A DNA stretch of 64,000 bases from contig NC_043019.1 of NCBI RefSeq assembly GCF_006345805.1, positions 16,925,360 through 16,989,359 of the forward strand, read 5' to 3'. This document shows, in pieces, positions 12,189-25,939 of the stretch. The notes beneath the pieces were generated by a model. It searched no databases. It saw nothing but the letters and a program-made list of their open reading frames with translations, and was not told the DNA's origin. The translations under genes and the position numbers were made by a program. The stretch is from Octopus sinensis. Lineage: Eukaryota. Positions within the stretch are counted from its first letter, which is position 1. Every line of letters starts with the position of its first letter.

Positions 12189-13059
12189 TGATACACATTA
12201 ACATGGTTGTCACACAACTTCACACATTTACGGTGGCTGCACGGCTGCAAAACAAACACCAAAAATTACCAATATTATATAATGTACATCCAAACATGGC
12301 ACCATTATTGCATAGATTTCAACATATCATCAACATTATCGCATTCATTCAAACATATCCATTTTATCATGTCCCAACATCAACATTATCACATAGATTC
12401 AAACCTATCAACATTATTCACAAAGATTTACACATAACCACATTATCACAGAAAAATACATACAAGGAATTATTGGATACTTAATAATTTCTATCAAGAA
12501 CGAAAGAAAACTCCATGTAATCGTTTCTAATATAGGCACAAGGCAGGAAATTTTATGTGTGAGGAGGGGGGAGCTGGGTGAATACCCACCCCCGTTCAAC
12601 CGGTACTGATTTTATAAATGCCAAAAGGCAAAATCAACCAAGGTGGATTATGAATTCAGAATGCAAAGCTGGACAAAGCCCAGCTAATCCTTTTGACTGG
12701 AGTGCCAATGGTTTTCTGCCAGCTTGCTGCCTTAGTAAAACCCAGTGTATTAATAGGGGTTTGTCTGCTGCATGTGCTCTGCCAAAATCAAAGGAATACA
12801 TTATCTCCAATGTGGTGGGGCAGAGGATAAGAGAGAATCAGAGCTGAACAAAATGCCTTAAGCTACTTCTTCACGTCCTCGGAACAAGTTTCTCTTTCAT
12901 TCTTCTGGGGTCAATAAAATAAAGTACCAATCAAGTGATGGGGTTGCTATAATTAATTAATAAGTTATGGGAAAATAAACTCACCAACAGCAGTTGTTAA
13001 GTGGTGTGTGGGGACAAACACTTGTGTGTGTGCGTGTGTGTGTTTATGAACATCAATGG

Positions 13060-13520
13060 AATTTGTATCTTTGTGGTACCAGTGCCGGTGGCACATAAGA
13101 AAACCATCCGAACGTGGCCGTAGCCAGTACCGCATCGACTGGCCTCCGTGCTGTGGGCACGTAACAAACACCATCCGATCGTGGCCGTTCGCCAGCCTCG
13201 TCTGGCACCTGTGTCGGTGGCACGTAACAAACATCATCCGATCGTGGCCGTTCGCCAGCCTCGTCTGGCACCTGTGTCGGTGGCACATAAAAAACACCAT
13301 CCGAGCGTGGCTGTCCACCAGCCTCGTCTGGCACCTGTGTCGGTGGCACATAAAATCACCCACTACACTCTTGGAGTGGTTGGCGTTAGGAAGGGCATCC
13401 AGCTGTAGAAACACTGCCAGATCTGACTGGTCTGGTGCAGCCTTCGGGCTCCCCAGACCCCAGTTGAACCGTCCAACCCATGCTAGCATGGAAAGCGGAC
13501 GTTAAACGATGATGATGATG

Positions 13521-13521
<1 letters not shown>
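13060..13521 (+). mobile_element. RTE-LINE 3' tail fragment with 63-bp internal tandem repeats
   Basis: Shares its 3' end (ttaggaagggcatccagctgtagaaa...gttaaacgatgatg) with the RTE at 59306-61313. The unit recurs at 13156, 13219, 13282 and 13345. Confidence 0.85.
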
Positions 13522-13554
<33 letters not shown>

Positions 13555-14624
13555 ATGTGTGTGTGTTTATATATATATTAATACATACACACACACACAC
13601 AATAGGCTTCCACACAGTTTCTGTTTACCAAATTTCACTCACAAGGCAGTGGAGACCCAAGGCTACAGTAGAAGACGTTTAACCAAAGTGTTGTGAAGTG
13701 GGGCTGAACCCGAAATCCCGTGGTTGCAAAGCAAGTTTCATAACTCTATAGCAATGAATAGTTTGAAATTAATTTAGCAAATAAAAGTTTTAACATAAAA
13801 TATTATTTTATGTCAGATTTTGTAAAGTCATGAGATCTAAAGGACTGTTTAAGTCGATCACATATTATATAGACTAACTTCGATCTTGGAAAGACGTCCG
13901 ACCCATGACGTGATGGAACGCAGACGTAAAAAGATGATGTTTCCAACTTCGCGATAGCGTTTCCCAGTATCATTTCCTTACTTTAACTTAGCTCCTTCCG
14001 TGACTGCATTTTCAGTTTGTAACCTTAATCTTCTACAAAACAAAATCTAACAGATTGGAAAGAACATTATACCATTACTTAATCGATAAGGTTACAACAT
14101 TTTGAAACAATATCACTTTGCTATTAAATTAAGTTCATTTATATCATTCCAAAATATCGATGCCATTATTGAAGTTCTATGATAATGAGTCTAGTGTATC
14201 ACAAAATTGTGAAACAGAAAACAGCTATTGATTTATAATCGAACTTAATTGGTGGTGGTGGCGGTGGCGCTACTATTATTACTAGTCGAGCATAAGTAGT
14301 AATAGTAGTTTAGAAGAGAGAGAACATAGGGCCAGTGGTGCACTGTTTATGTTGAGCAAATGTCTAACAAAATTAGTGACAGTGATAAATATTGAGAGGT
14401 TCATTCAAACATCAGAATTCCTTTCCGCAGCAGGAATCTTATTTACATGGGTTTGGATTAAGGAGAACAGCAGAAGCTAAACTTTTTTGTTTTTATCTTA
14501 CGTCTGGCAGTGTTGTTGGTATATAATGATTACTTTACAAGAGGACAGAACGGGGTTACCACAGATGGACTGTATATACGAGAGACAGATTTTGAAGCAA
14601 CGAACGGTCTTGTGTGTTTTAAAG

Positions 14625-14941
14625 CAGTTATTGACAAACTGTGGCTCGTGAAACTTTCTGAATGGCATCTTTAGTGTGAACCTTTGAACATATGCGGAGT
14701 CACAGTGTGTGTGTCTGGAGGGGTACTGTGTTGGGTTGAACATTCGTTGCAATATTCAGTAACGCCTTGGTGATGTGCTAAGTGCAGTCTACACAAGACA
14801 TGAGGAAACTGCGACCAACAGGGCTCTTTGAATAGCACGCCTAATGAAAAATTATCTTGAATTCGTTTAGTAGTACAGCTCGCCCCGTGATGAGCCATGT
14901 CTCAGTGTGGTCCGCATCTGGAAAAAAGTTGTCCATGCCTG
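14625..14941. mobile_element. Degenerate hAT (Charlie-like) MITE
   Basis: Ends cagttattgacaaact / agttgtccatgcctg. The 8-bp flanks ttttaaag / tttcaaat match at 6 of 8 positions. Confidence 0.5.
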
Positions 14942-16228
14942 TTTCAAATCCAGTAGACATAGATTCATTGGGACCAAGGAAGAAAAAAAAAAGCTGCTGA
15001 AGCTTGTTTGCAATAAAACAATGTTAAACTAATTAAAGATGTTTAAATAGGGAACAGAATCTTGATAGGATAATTACTGGTTTACTTTGCTTCTTGGGAC
15101 TCCACGCCACGAATACAAACCAAAACAAAGAACATTTCATCGTTTCGATTTTTTAAAATTTTAGTTTCGTGTTTTATTTATGAATTATTTCGGAAACAAC
15201 CAAATTATTCAACAACGCGTGAGTTTGTGTAAATGGATTGAAGTTATTATTTTTCTTCATATGATTCGTGAAATTTAATCAATAAACAATTTAAGGGTCA
15301 ATTTGATAAACGTGAGCAATTTTCCATACAACGAAAGTTCGACAATATTTTCAAGAATTGGAGGCAAAAGGAAATTACTGAATGTACACATTAAAACATA
15401 AACAAGAATAGAATAAAGCTGTTCTAGAAGAATAAAGGGATCAATCGCAGGATAGAAACGGGTCAGGTATTTACTTTGTTATTTGGTGGGGGCACTTTAC
15501 ACCAATTAATAACAATTATAATTATGGTGGTTGTCCTCCTTGTCTTCCGCTCCTGTTATGATATTTCATTGTTTCGATATTTCTTCTACTGTAGAAAGGA
15601 ATAAAGAAACCGTTGCGACACAGGAGGCTTAAAGTAGGTTTGAAGACGATTCCAAGACGGGAACCGCCACCGCGACATTAAAAGACATCGATTCCGACGC
15701 GAAACTGGAGACAATTAAAGCAGCCAGGAACAGTCTCACAACAGAGGAATGTTAGTGGGAAGGTATGTATGATACCAGCACAGTTGTTGGCACATGTCGA
15801 TTGGGAGCAGAATTGATAAATAGCGATGAACTTACCAAAAGAGCAACAGGGGAAAAGAACGTCGGAGGCCAACATCCAGAGAAAACAGCCATGTTAAGCA
15901 AGGGAAATAACTCTAGGTAACTGAGGGAGAGAGACGGGGCTCGATGAGGTCGTCGGATTTGCTAGAAAGGGCAACCACTACCTCTCAAATTGTACTTTGC
16001 CCGTGTTGAGTCAAATTAAGCCGCAGGCTCCACTCCTGGTGGAAGGGCATATTGGATAATATAAGTCAGGGACAAACTGATAGAAAAGATTGGGTAATCA
16101 CGGCTCGAATTTCTAAATCGGCGCCAAAGCTACAACTATGTGTAACAACTATCTTACATCTAGCAGATATGCACATCGCGTTAAAATGACTTTTCCAATG
16201 ACATATTTTAACGTAATTAATTATGATA

Positions 16229-16437
16229 GAAGCGACGAACTGGCAGAATCGTTACTACGTTAGGAAAACTGCTTAGCGGCATTTTGTCCGCTTTACGTTC
16301 TGAGTTCAAATTCCACAGAGGTTGACTTTACCTTTCATCCGTTAGTGATCGATAAAACAAGTACCAGTTGAGTACTGGGGGACGATGTACTCAACTTACC
16401 CCCGCTTCCACGAAATTGCTGTCATTGTACCAAAACA
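16229..16437 (+). mobile_element. tRNA-derived SINE (family B)
   Basis: Contains ctggcagaatcgtta...gagttcaaattcc...gactttacctttcatcc. Copies at 30167-30382(+) and 50796-51012(-). Confidence 0.85.
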
Positions 16438-16706
16438 ATCAATTATGACGGCAGAGGGAATTTAGATTGGTAAAGTGTAACGGGGGATCAAAAGAAAAAA
16501 AAATTATAAAAAAGCTGTCAAAAGTTCCTAAATATCCTCGATATAAACTCGAGACAAACGTGCATTTCCCATGTTTTATAAGATATCTCTTGACATAAAT
16601 TGTTTTATAATTCCATAACATAGTTTCATTCTGTTAAAGATTAATATGGCAATGAGTCAGACACCAGATTCAGGCATTTGGAAAATTAGGATTTTGACCA
16701 TTCATA

Positions 16707-17067
16707 TCTTTTACATGTTTCGGTTATTAGACTGTGGCCATGCTGGGGCTCCACTTTGAAGAACTTTTAGTTGAATGAATCGACGCCAGTACTTTTTGCG
16801 AAGTCTGGTACTTATTCTATCACTTTCTTTTGCTGAACCGCTAAGTTACATGGACGTAAACAAACCAGCACCGGTTGTAAAGCGGTGGTGGAGGACACAC
16901 GCATACGACGAACCTCATTCAGTTTTTGTTCACCAAATCCACTCCCAAGGCTTTGGTTGGCTTGGGGCCATAGAAGAAGACACTTGCCTAAAATGCTGCA
17001 CAGTGGGACTGAACCCAATACGACACGGTTGGGAAGCAAGCTTCTTACTCACACTGCCACTCCTGCA
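16707..17067 (-). mobile_element. tRNA-derived SINE (family A, octopus OK/OR-like), diverged
   Basis: Same consensus as the copy at 23145-23547. Confidence 0.8.
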
Positions 17068-17427
17068 TTAAGCATTACTTGGAGACAAATTTCTGGACGT
17101 CTCTGTATTACGATGTTTAGTTGAAAGCTTCTCTGCACAGATTGGTTTTCAGGACAGAGCTTAGGAAGAGGCAAATCTCGTAACTACCTCTGAAAAATTA
17201 TTCTCATTTTTACATTTTAAATATTAAATATTATTATTTTTCAACATCTGAGGGGCTGATTCTGATACACAACCGACTTAAATTGTGAAAGGTTCCGCCA
17301 AGAGATCTCTATCCTTTTTACGCACATCAATCTAAAGCATAGGAAGGAATTTGTTTACTTTCTTATATGGTCCAATACCACAGCTAAGGTCCTCCAATAT
17401 TGATATTTATTTTGGTACTTCTGATAC

Positions 17428-17690
17428 ATCATCATCATCGTTTAACGTCCGTTTTCCATGCTAGCATGGGTTAGATGGTTCGACCAGGGTCTGGGAAGCC
17501 AGGAGGTTGCACCAGGCTCCAGTCTGATCAGGCAGTGTTTCTACAGCTGGATGCCCTTCCTAATGCCAACCACTCAGTGTAGTGGGTGCTTTTTACATGC
17601 CATCGGCACAGGGGCCAGAGGAGGCTGGCAACGTCCACGATTGGTTGGTGCATATGTGCCACCAGCACAGACGCCAGTCAAGGCGGCACT
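17428..17690 (-). mobile_element. RTE-tail repeat fragment
   Basis: catcatcatcgtttaacgtccgttttccatgctagc... is the reverse complement of the RTE 3' end. Confidence 0.8.
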
Positions 17691-19754
17691 ATTATTTACT
17701 TAGTGAAGAGCCATCTAACACACACATGCTATCAATTGGGGAGGAGATTGGATAAGTGTTCTCTGAAGAGCGTTCGAAAAATTGTGAAACAATCTGTCAG
17801 GAGACTCTCTCCCTTATCAAGAAACATAGAAGGAAGTATGTTTACACTGTTATCACAGCTAGGGCTTTCTAATATTCAAATATATGTATGCTGTTGTATT
17901 TTGAAGGGATTATTTGACCCTTCCAAATATTTAACAAACTGACCAATTGATCACTTCATTGATCATTCAGTCAGTTGATTTGACAGAATCCTTTCATCGC
18001 CATTTATGACTTCATCAATGTCAAGACTGTTACTCTGGGTCTGTGTTACTAAGAAAATTATGAGATTCAAGAAGTCGGAAGGGTAAGGGACACCAGACCG
18101 TTAGGCTGTGACCTTGATGTACCTAAAACTGTAAAATCTAAATGTTTTATTTGCTTATTGTTTTTACTAAAATGCAGAAAATGGGAAAAAATCCCACAAC
18201 ATAAAAATATGTGTAATTTCTCTTTAATAAAATCTGACAAGCTGCTTCACTTGTGGATATATATGATGTCTATATATGTATCTTCACAAGTTTCTTTAGA
18301 TACCTGCTTCAACAAAAGACGTGGAACATTATTCCGTATCAGACAAAAAAAAAAAAATGCTTTTCCAAATTTTAATTGTCCCTCACCCTACCATTTTGAA
18401 AAACATCTTACAATTTTTTTCTTTTACTTTACTTGTTTTATGATTTTGGAAAAGAAAATTTTTGTTTCAAAAGGTTGAAATTTTTTAATTGCCTCATCTG
18501 CCCATTCTTTGTTCTCACAACACCAACATCAACCTTCCATAACTTTTTGTACCCAATGTGTGGATTCATGCTTAACAATAACTAGCAGATGATACTTGGC
18601 ACAAACTACGGAGGAGGTATGCCCCAATGTGGTTGCTGGACATGCTAGAAACAACAGCCAATCCTACTTCAAACGTTTTATAAAATAAAGGATACATTGG
18701 AGAATGTAGTCCAAGATAAACAAAACCATGGGCTAGCTGAACGAAGTGCTTTTGATCGCAAGACTGTGTTGGTGCCAAGCAACTTTTTTTTGTCATGAGC
18801 CATCGTTTAAAATCTTCACTTTCATGTTTATCCTCATCATCATCGTTTAACGTCCGCTTTCCATGCTAGCATGGGTTGTATCTTCACAAAAATGAAAGTG
18901 AAACTTAAGTTACACAAAAACTTGTGACCTCTCTACAAGTCTTGTCTTTTCTAGTTGTACAAAATGCCAGTTCACTTCAAGTTTTACAGTTTCTAACCAG
19001 TTCTGGTCATATTTCTTTGTGTAGTTTTAAATCTCAAAAGATCTTACCAAGATTACATCTTTTACTGCAAAACTCTTGTAAAATATCATCATATCTTACC
19101 ATTTCCCATCAAATTTCTTCAAAATTTTGTTGTAAACAAGTTCTGAAGTTTCACTGGTCTTCATGTGAAATTATTCATTGCCAAATTTCATCCAATATCA
19201 ATAATTCTTGCTAGTTCTCTTCAAAGTTTGTCATTTCCTGTCAAGTTGCACCCATTTTTGTCATTATCGCCAAATCTTGCTAGTTCTAGCCTCTATCATA
19301 ATGTCATACACATCTAGGATGCATCATAGGAATATAGATGACTCTAGTATATAACTGGTATTTTCCATCACCCCCCCCCCCCATGAAACAAAATTTCTCT
19401 TGCAGTGATTGTGAAATCTCACAACTCAAGTTGTGCCAGTTCTAAGTGATTCTCAAAATTTTGTCAGTGTTTGTAAAATACCTCCACTTCTTGTCAAATC
19501 TCATAAAATCTCACCAGTTCTATCAACTCCTGTTATTCCCAGTCAGTAAAGACACAGGCCTTCACCCTTAACCGCTATGCTCTAGAGTTAGCATCTGTTC
19601 TGAGCTGGTCTTTTTCTCTCTACAAAGATCTAATCCAATCTTTGGAAACATGCTCTCTTCCGTGGCACCAATAGCTCTCTCTTCCAACACCAGAAAGGTG
19701 ATCAGCCATTAACAACACTCTTCACCAACGTCTTGACTCTTCCTCTCTCTTGCC

Positions 19755-20176
19755 TTACTCTTTACTTGTCTCAGTCATTTGACTGCGGCCATGCTGGAGC
19801 ACCGCCTTTAGTCGAACACATCGATCACAGGACTTATTCTTTGTAAGCCTAGTACTTACTCTATTGGTCTCTTTTGCCAAACCGCTAAGTTATGGGGACG
19901 TAAACACACCAGCATCGGTTGTCAAGCGATGTGGGGGGACGGGACAAACACAAATACACATAGTACATATATATATATATCATCATCATCGTTTATATAT
20001 ATATAGATACATATGACAGGCTTCTTTCAGTTTCCACCTACCAAATCCACTCACAAGGCTTTGGTTGGCCTGAAGCTATAGAAGAAGACACTTGCCCAAG
20101 GTGCCACGCAGTGGGACTGAACCCGGAACCATGTCGTTCGTAAGCAAGCTACTTACCACACAGCCACTCCCACGCC
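19755..20176 (-). mobile_element. tRNA-derived SINE (family A), full length
   Basis: Minus-strand head ggcgtgggagtggctgtgtggtaag..ccgggttcagtccc, an internal TA/CA microsatellite and a gagtaaa-type tail. Confidence 0.9.
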
Positions 20177-20589
20177 TTGTTGAGCATCAGTACAAATTCC
20201 AAAGAGCAAACACTACCAGGCAGTCCCTGTATTGTTGCTTACCAGTCACCACACATTCTTGCAAAACCAACATCATTGCCCTTCACACATGCAGAGCCCT
20301 TGATCATGCCTGACATGAGAATCTCAAATCTAAGCTTCCTGTCTATGGGCTCCCAGCCATATCGTTTTCAAATTGCAGCATTCTGATATTACCTCAACTT
20401 TTTCCTCCTGTACAAATAATGAACTGATTGCTGTGACCCACAACAATGCACACACAGAAGATAGAATGATCCATTCCCTTTAACCCCCTGCACATTGGCA
20501 TCAATCCACATATGACCTACACATACCACATCATCACAAACTACCTCCATAAACATCGTCGTTGTCGGCTTTATCTCATATCCGAGTAT

Positions 20590-21075
20590 TTAGTTCCTTT
20601 GCTGAACGCTTCCTTTATGGTGATGCTGTTGGTGACCGATTCTTGCATTGACTGCATGGCAACGTTGGTGGAAGACGAGGTCGATTTTGTTGAGCTTTTC
20701 CCTCCTGTCTTCTTTGAGTTCTTCCTTTTCTCTTCTGGTGGCTTCAAAGTTTTTGGTTCCCATGGTGATGGAACACCACCACTTGGTACAGTCTCAATCT
20801 TGTGCTGCAAATGATTTAGGCTCAATTCCAGTGGCTTCCAGTTGGTTGTTGTATCTTCCAAGAGGACAACCCCGTGGTCTTTTCCCTGAAGTGAGCTCAC
20901 TGAATAAGACTTGGTGTGGGAACCTTGACCCTTCCATTCTTGCTGCTGACCACTGATGATGGTGTCTCATGATCAGTGATTCAATACTTTGATTGTCAGC
21001 TCTTTCCATGTCTTTGTTGTTGATCACGCAGTGTTCCCATTCAATGTTCAAGAGAGAGCAAAGCTTTTGTTGACC
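20590..21075 (-). mobile_element. Degenerate RTE-type LINE ORF2 C-terminal fragment
   Basis: QWSAARMEGSRFPHQVLFSELTSGKRPRG resembles the RTE motif RW.GH..RM...R.PK..L..EL..GKR.RG. Confidence 0.7.
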
Positions 21076-21317
21076 ATGTTGAAAACAGCATCAAATTTTC
21101 CAAAAACATGAAAACTGGATGATAAAAATTCAAATAAAACGGTTATTAAGAAGTAATCACACAAAAACCATTTCTAGCTTTATCAAAGAAACTTGTTTAA
21201 GATGATTTTATTTGATTTGTAATCAGAAATATAAAAACAGATTTCCAATCTCATTTTTTTTTCATGCTTTTAGGAGAAAAAACAAGTCTTTATAAACTTA
21301 ACAGATAAACCAAACAC

Positions 21318-21397
21318 TTAAGCATCAGATGGATTTGACATTTTCCCTTCAGACTTATGAAAATTATCTCCACTATTGTAACCAGGAGATGAACCAC
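21318..21397 (-). CDS. tra/BCLAF-like gene, last coding exon
   Basis: cttttcttttgtag|[26 protein letters not shown] after an 88-nt intron. Confidence 0.8.
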
Positions 21398-24300
21398 CTA
21401 CAAAAGAAAAGATGAAAATATTTATTAGAATAAGAGGGAAATTAAAACCAAAACAAGTTTTATTAAAAATTTATATCCTGCTCACCTCTTCCACGGCCTC
21501 TTCTGCTTAGGGAACCTCGACTTTGGCTGCGAAATCTTCCAATGGGTCTTGAGGATCTTGATCTGAAAGCACCCCGCAGGATACTGCCACGTTTGATCCC
21601 CACAGGGGTTTTTAATAAAGCTGGTCGATGAGAAAGAGGCCCACGATAGTTCTGCCTACTGTCATGGCGAGGACTACCCTCGGATTTAGAGCCAAGCTAT
21701 TAATAATAACAAAATATCACAATGAAAAACATGTTTTCAATCACAGCTCACAGATAATTCAACACAGGAAAGTATTTCTAGCAATGATGTTTCTTTGTGT
21801 ATCTTGTAGAGAGATAAGAGAAGTCCAGTTTAGAGCTAGCTTTGATCCAACCATGACCATGCAGACTATTTTCTCTTTTACTCTTTTATTTGTTTCAGTC
21901 ATTTGACTGCGGCCATGCTGGAGCACCGCCTTTAGTCGAGCAACTCGACACCAGGACTTATTCTTTTGTAAGCTCAGTACTTATTCTATCGGTCTCTTTT
22001 GCTGAACTGCTAAGTAATGGGGACATAAACACACCAGCATCGGTTGTCAAGCAATGCTAGAGGGACAAACACAGGCACACAAACACACACACGCATACAT
22101 ATATACGACAGGCTTCTTTCAGTTTCCGTCTACCAAATCCACTCACAAGGCTTTGGTCAGCCCGGGGCTATAGTAGAAAACACTTGCCCAAGGTGCCACG
22201 CAGTGGGACTGAACCCAGAACCATGTGGTTGGTAAACAAGCTACTTACCACACAGCCACTCCTGCACCTCATGCAGACTATTCTAGTACATTATTTACAA
22301 TGGACAGACAGGTGCCCTCACCTTGTTTGTTGTTTCCACAATGTTTCGGCTGGTGTACTCTCCAGCCTTCATCAGGTGTTCTGGTGGAATTTCAAACCTA
22401 ACCTTTTATTTGACTAATGGGGTACTCTGTTCTCATTCCTAAGGTGTGTTGCTGATGTTATTTTTCAGTCCCCTACCTGGGACTGACCAAAAAAATAATA
22501 TCAACAGAAAGAGAACATCAGCAACATACTTTAGGAACGAGAACAGTGTACCTCATGAGTCAAATAAAGGGTTGGGTTCAAAATTCCTCCAGAAAACCTG
22601 ATGAAGGCTGGAGAGTACACCAGCCAAAATATTGTGATGATAACAACAAACAAGGTGAGGACACCTATCTGTCCATTGTAAATAATGTACATAATCCTTC
22701 GTCTCTAAAATACAGAATAGACTAATTTAGCATTGTTGGAAATATAGTTTTGAAGTAGAATTTATTTGTTGCATGGTGTGTAGTAGACTCAACAATTAGG
22801 TAATTAGTGAACAAATTAAACTCACCTCATGGAAACCCCTGCTTCGATTATTTATGTCATGGACATCTTTCCAATCTGAATATTTATCTGAGGAGACACA
22901 TTAAATTTTTAAGATAATGAAATAAAATAGGAAAGAATCTTGTATAGAGACAAGCACTAAAATAAACGTATATATGTATACAGCAACAGATAACAGTTTC
23001 AAATAACACCACAGAACATTTTTAAAGAGATGAGTATCAGTGAAATCAGCCATAGATAGCTTGTAAGGATTATCTGGAGGGTGGGCTGGGGTTATACACT
23101 TGACGAATAAATCTTTCAAATGATTTACATTCCTGAAACAGACACTCTCTTTACTCTTTTACTTGTTTCAGTCATTTGACTGCGGCCATGCTGGAGCACC
23201 GCCTTTAGTCGAGCAAATCGACCCCAGGACTTATTCTTTGTAAGCCCAGTACTTATTCTATTGGTCTCTTTTGCCGAACTGCTAAGTGACGGGGACGTAA
23301 ACACACCAGCATCGGTTGTCAAGCAATGCTAGGGGGACAAACACAGACACACACATACATATATATATATATATACATATATACGACGGGCTTCTTTTCA
23401 GTTTCCGTCTACCAAATCCACTCACAAGGCATTGGTCGGCCCGGGGCTATAGCAGAAGACACTTACCCAAGATGCCACACAGTGGGACTGAACCCGGAAC
23501 CATGTGGTTGGTTAGCAAGCTACTTACCACACAGCCACTCTTGCGCCTATGAATTTAGTTTCAAAATTAATTTACTGTTAGGAGAACAATATTCAGCTTA
23601 GCTTTGTCAATAATAGCAGTCACTAGTGATGCAAAACTTGGTTGAGTTCACCAAATAAGGTTGAAGTAGTAAAGCAAGCAACAAAATCACGAGGAAAAAT
23701 ATTTCCCACCATAATGTCTTTCAATGCTTTCCTGAAACACGACCTGGACTCAGTTTGCCATGAAATCGTTTACAAAATAACTATTATTTAGTTGATGAAG
23801 AAGTAATGCACATTACTTTTGTAAACCTTTATAGATCAGTGGAATTGGTAAGCTAACCAAGAGCAATGAAACTCTGCCTAAAATGAAGGTTTGGGGGCTT
23901 AATCACAGTCTGAGCAGTAGACAGGTGATATACAAGAAATACAGACTTTAAGAAAACAAACAGAAAAAAAAAAAGGCTGGATTAACTCTGACAAAGTTTT
24001 CCTTAAATGCCAAATTTTAGAAATGAATTTCCAAAGTCCAAAACAAGCCTATTATTTGAGCCCTTATCTGAGTTATATGAACCCATGAAAACCAATGTCA
24101 TCAAATCGTTCAATTCATCATTAATTATAACACTGTTTTACCTCTTATCCTAGCATCGAACCATTATTTAACTTTCCAGTCCACATTATTGGTCATCAAA
24201 GCAGATATATTGCAAAGGAGATGTTGTATTAGTTAACAAGAAACTAATTATTAAATGAAATGAGATGCTGAAAGAAAACTACTCACCAGAATGCTTGGAA

Positions 24301-25895
24301 AAACTTAGAGCAGGATCTGAAGAAGTTTTGGAATATTTTGAATCTGAAATGTTAAGCAAGCTCTTAAGTTATTTTTGGATTTCTTTACCTAATGAACTTC
24401 TGTAACAATAATAAAAGTGGGTTAGTTTTAACAGCAGCAGACACTTATTTATCTTACTTTGATTATAACAGCAAGTTGAGGGGGAGAAAGAGAGAATCAA
24501 TTTGCTTTAAATAGACTTCCATGTTGAATGTAAAAGACAGGCTGTTACATCAACGGACTCTAAGATCAGTTCCTCGTAAACAGACAACTACAGTTCTCTA
24601 ATTTTCTTTTTTAGTCATCACCTAACATTTTTAAAAATATATTTTCAGTTTATAGTTTTCAAATAAGCAAATGATAAAATAAGAATTTAAAATAATATTT
24701 ATGCAACAAAATATCTCTATTCTATTTTCAATTATTTCATTCCCCAGTAAAAACCAGTGAAGCTGAAAAAAAAAAAACATATTTGGCAGGAAATTGATTA
24801 GAAAGTAACAGGATTATCAATCAATGCAACACTTACCTAAAAGATTAAAAGATGAAAGCAATTGGGTTTTGTTGTACATCGACAACAGAACCAAACTAAT
24901 GAGAAACGAAACAGTAAGGGTGATGAATATATCTGACTGGAAGAAAGAAAGGGCCATGTTCTACCTAAGGAATTCAGTATCCAGTTTATTCTTTCACTGG
25001 AGGTCATGCTGGGATATCGCTTTTGGGGGTTTAGTTAGTCATATGACCCCCAGTACATATTTTATCATCTCTATTTCTTGAAGCATTAAGTTACAGAACA
25101 CAAAGGAGGACAATATGAACACCAACATAGAGAGATGGCTAGAAAGAGACAAGTGGATAAAAATAGGACATACTGAGACATTGATGCTACTTAAAAACCT
25201 TGTCTGTTTAATTAGCACCTGTAATGATGTTTGAGATTGAACCAAAAACTTAAAAGTTAGTTTGGTCCATGAGGTTTACATCACAGACACCATCATCATT
25301 TAACGTCCGTTTTTCAAGTTGGCATGGGTTGGACAGTTTGACATAAAGCTGGCCAGCTCGGGACCTGGCCAGAGTACAACTGTCTGTTGTGGCATGGTTT
25401 CTAATGCTCAAAGCTCTTCCTAATGTCAACCATTTAACAGAGTGTGTTGGGTGCTCTTTATGTAGCACTGGCACACGCGCGAACAGAATACATCAACCTG
25501 TTTGTGCTTAGGGACTGACAATAAAATAGTAGAAACATCACAATAGAAGGGGATTCCATGGCAGTCCGCCTAAAGTGTAACTGACAACATGACTTGCCAG
25601 CAATTAATCTTTTCTCTTTCAAATTCATGTTTATGTAGTCTTATGTCATTTACAGATTATCCAAAGCGAGGATTCTACAGCAGTCAACCAGTACTAAGGG
25701 AAAACAAACTGAAAGTTACACACAACTGTTTCAAACCAAATTTGAAGAGGATCTAATTACACCACGGGAACAGCCTTGTCTGCTGAAGATTTTCTCAGGA
25801 AATTTAGACATTTTCATTACAACTAAAAAACATGTAACCAAGGAAACCACAGAAAAATGCATTTAAGTTTTCAGCCCAAGGAGACTGAATATATA

Positions 25896-25939
<44 letters not shown>

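Noticed and set aside
17965-18122. Alternative terminal coding exons for the tra-like gene
   Set aside because: A stronger acceptor and stop exist at 21397-21318. These may be UTR or alternative exons but cannot be supported.
24344-24399. 11-nt microexon plus 45-nt intron, or TAA readthrough/editing, to fix the exon phase
   Set aside because: Unnecessary once exon 29767-29828 (phase 2-1) was found. The upstream acceptor would only introduce a stop.
24566-24621. Possible intronic C/D snoRNA (GTGATGA...CTGA on minus)
   Set aside because: Short, with no terminal stem and no recognisable guide.
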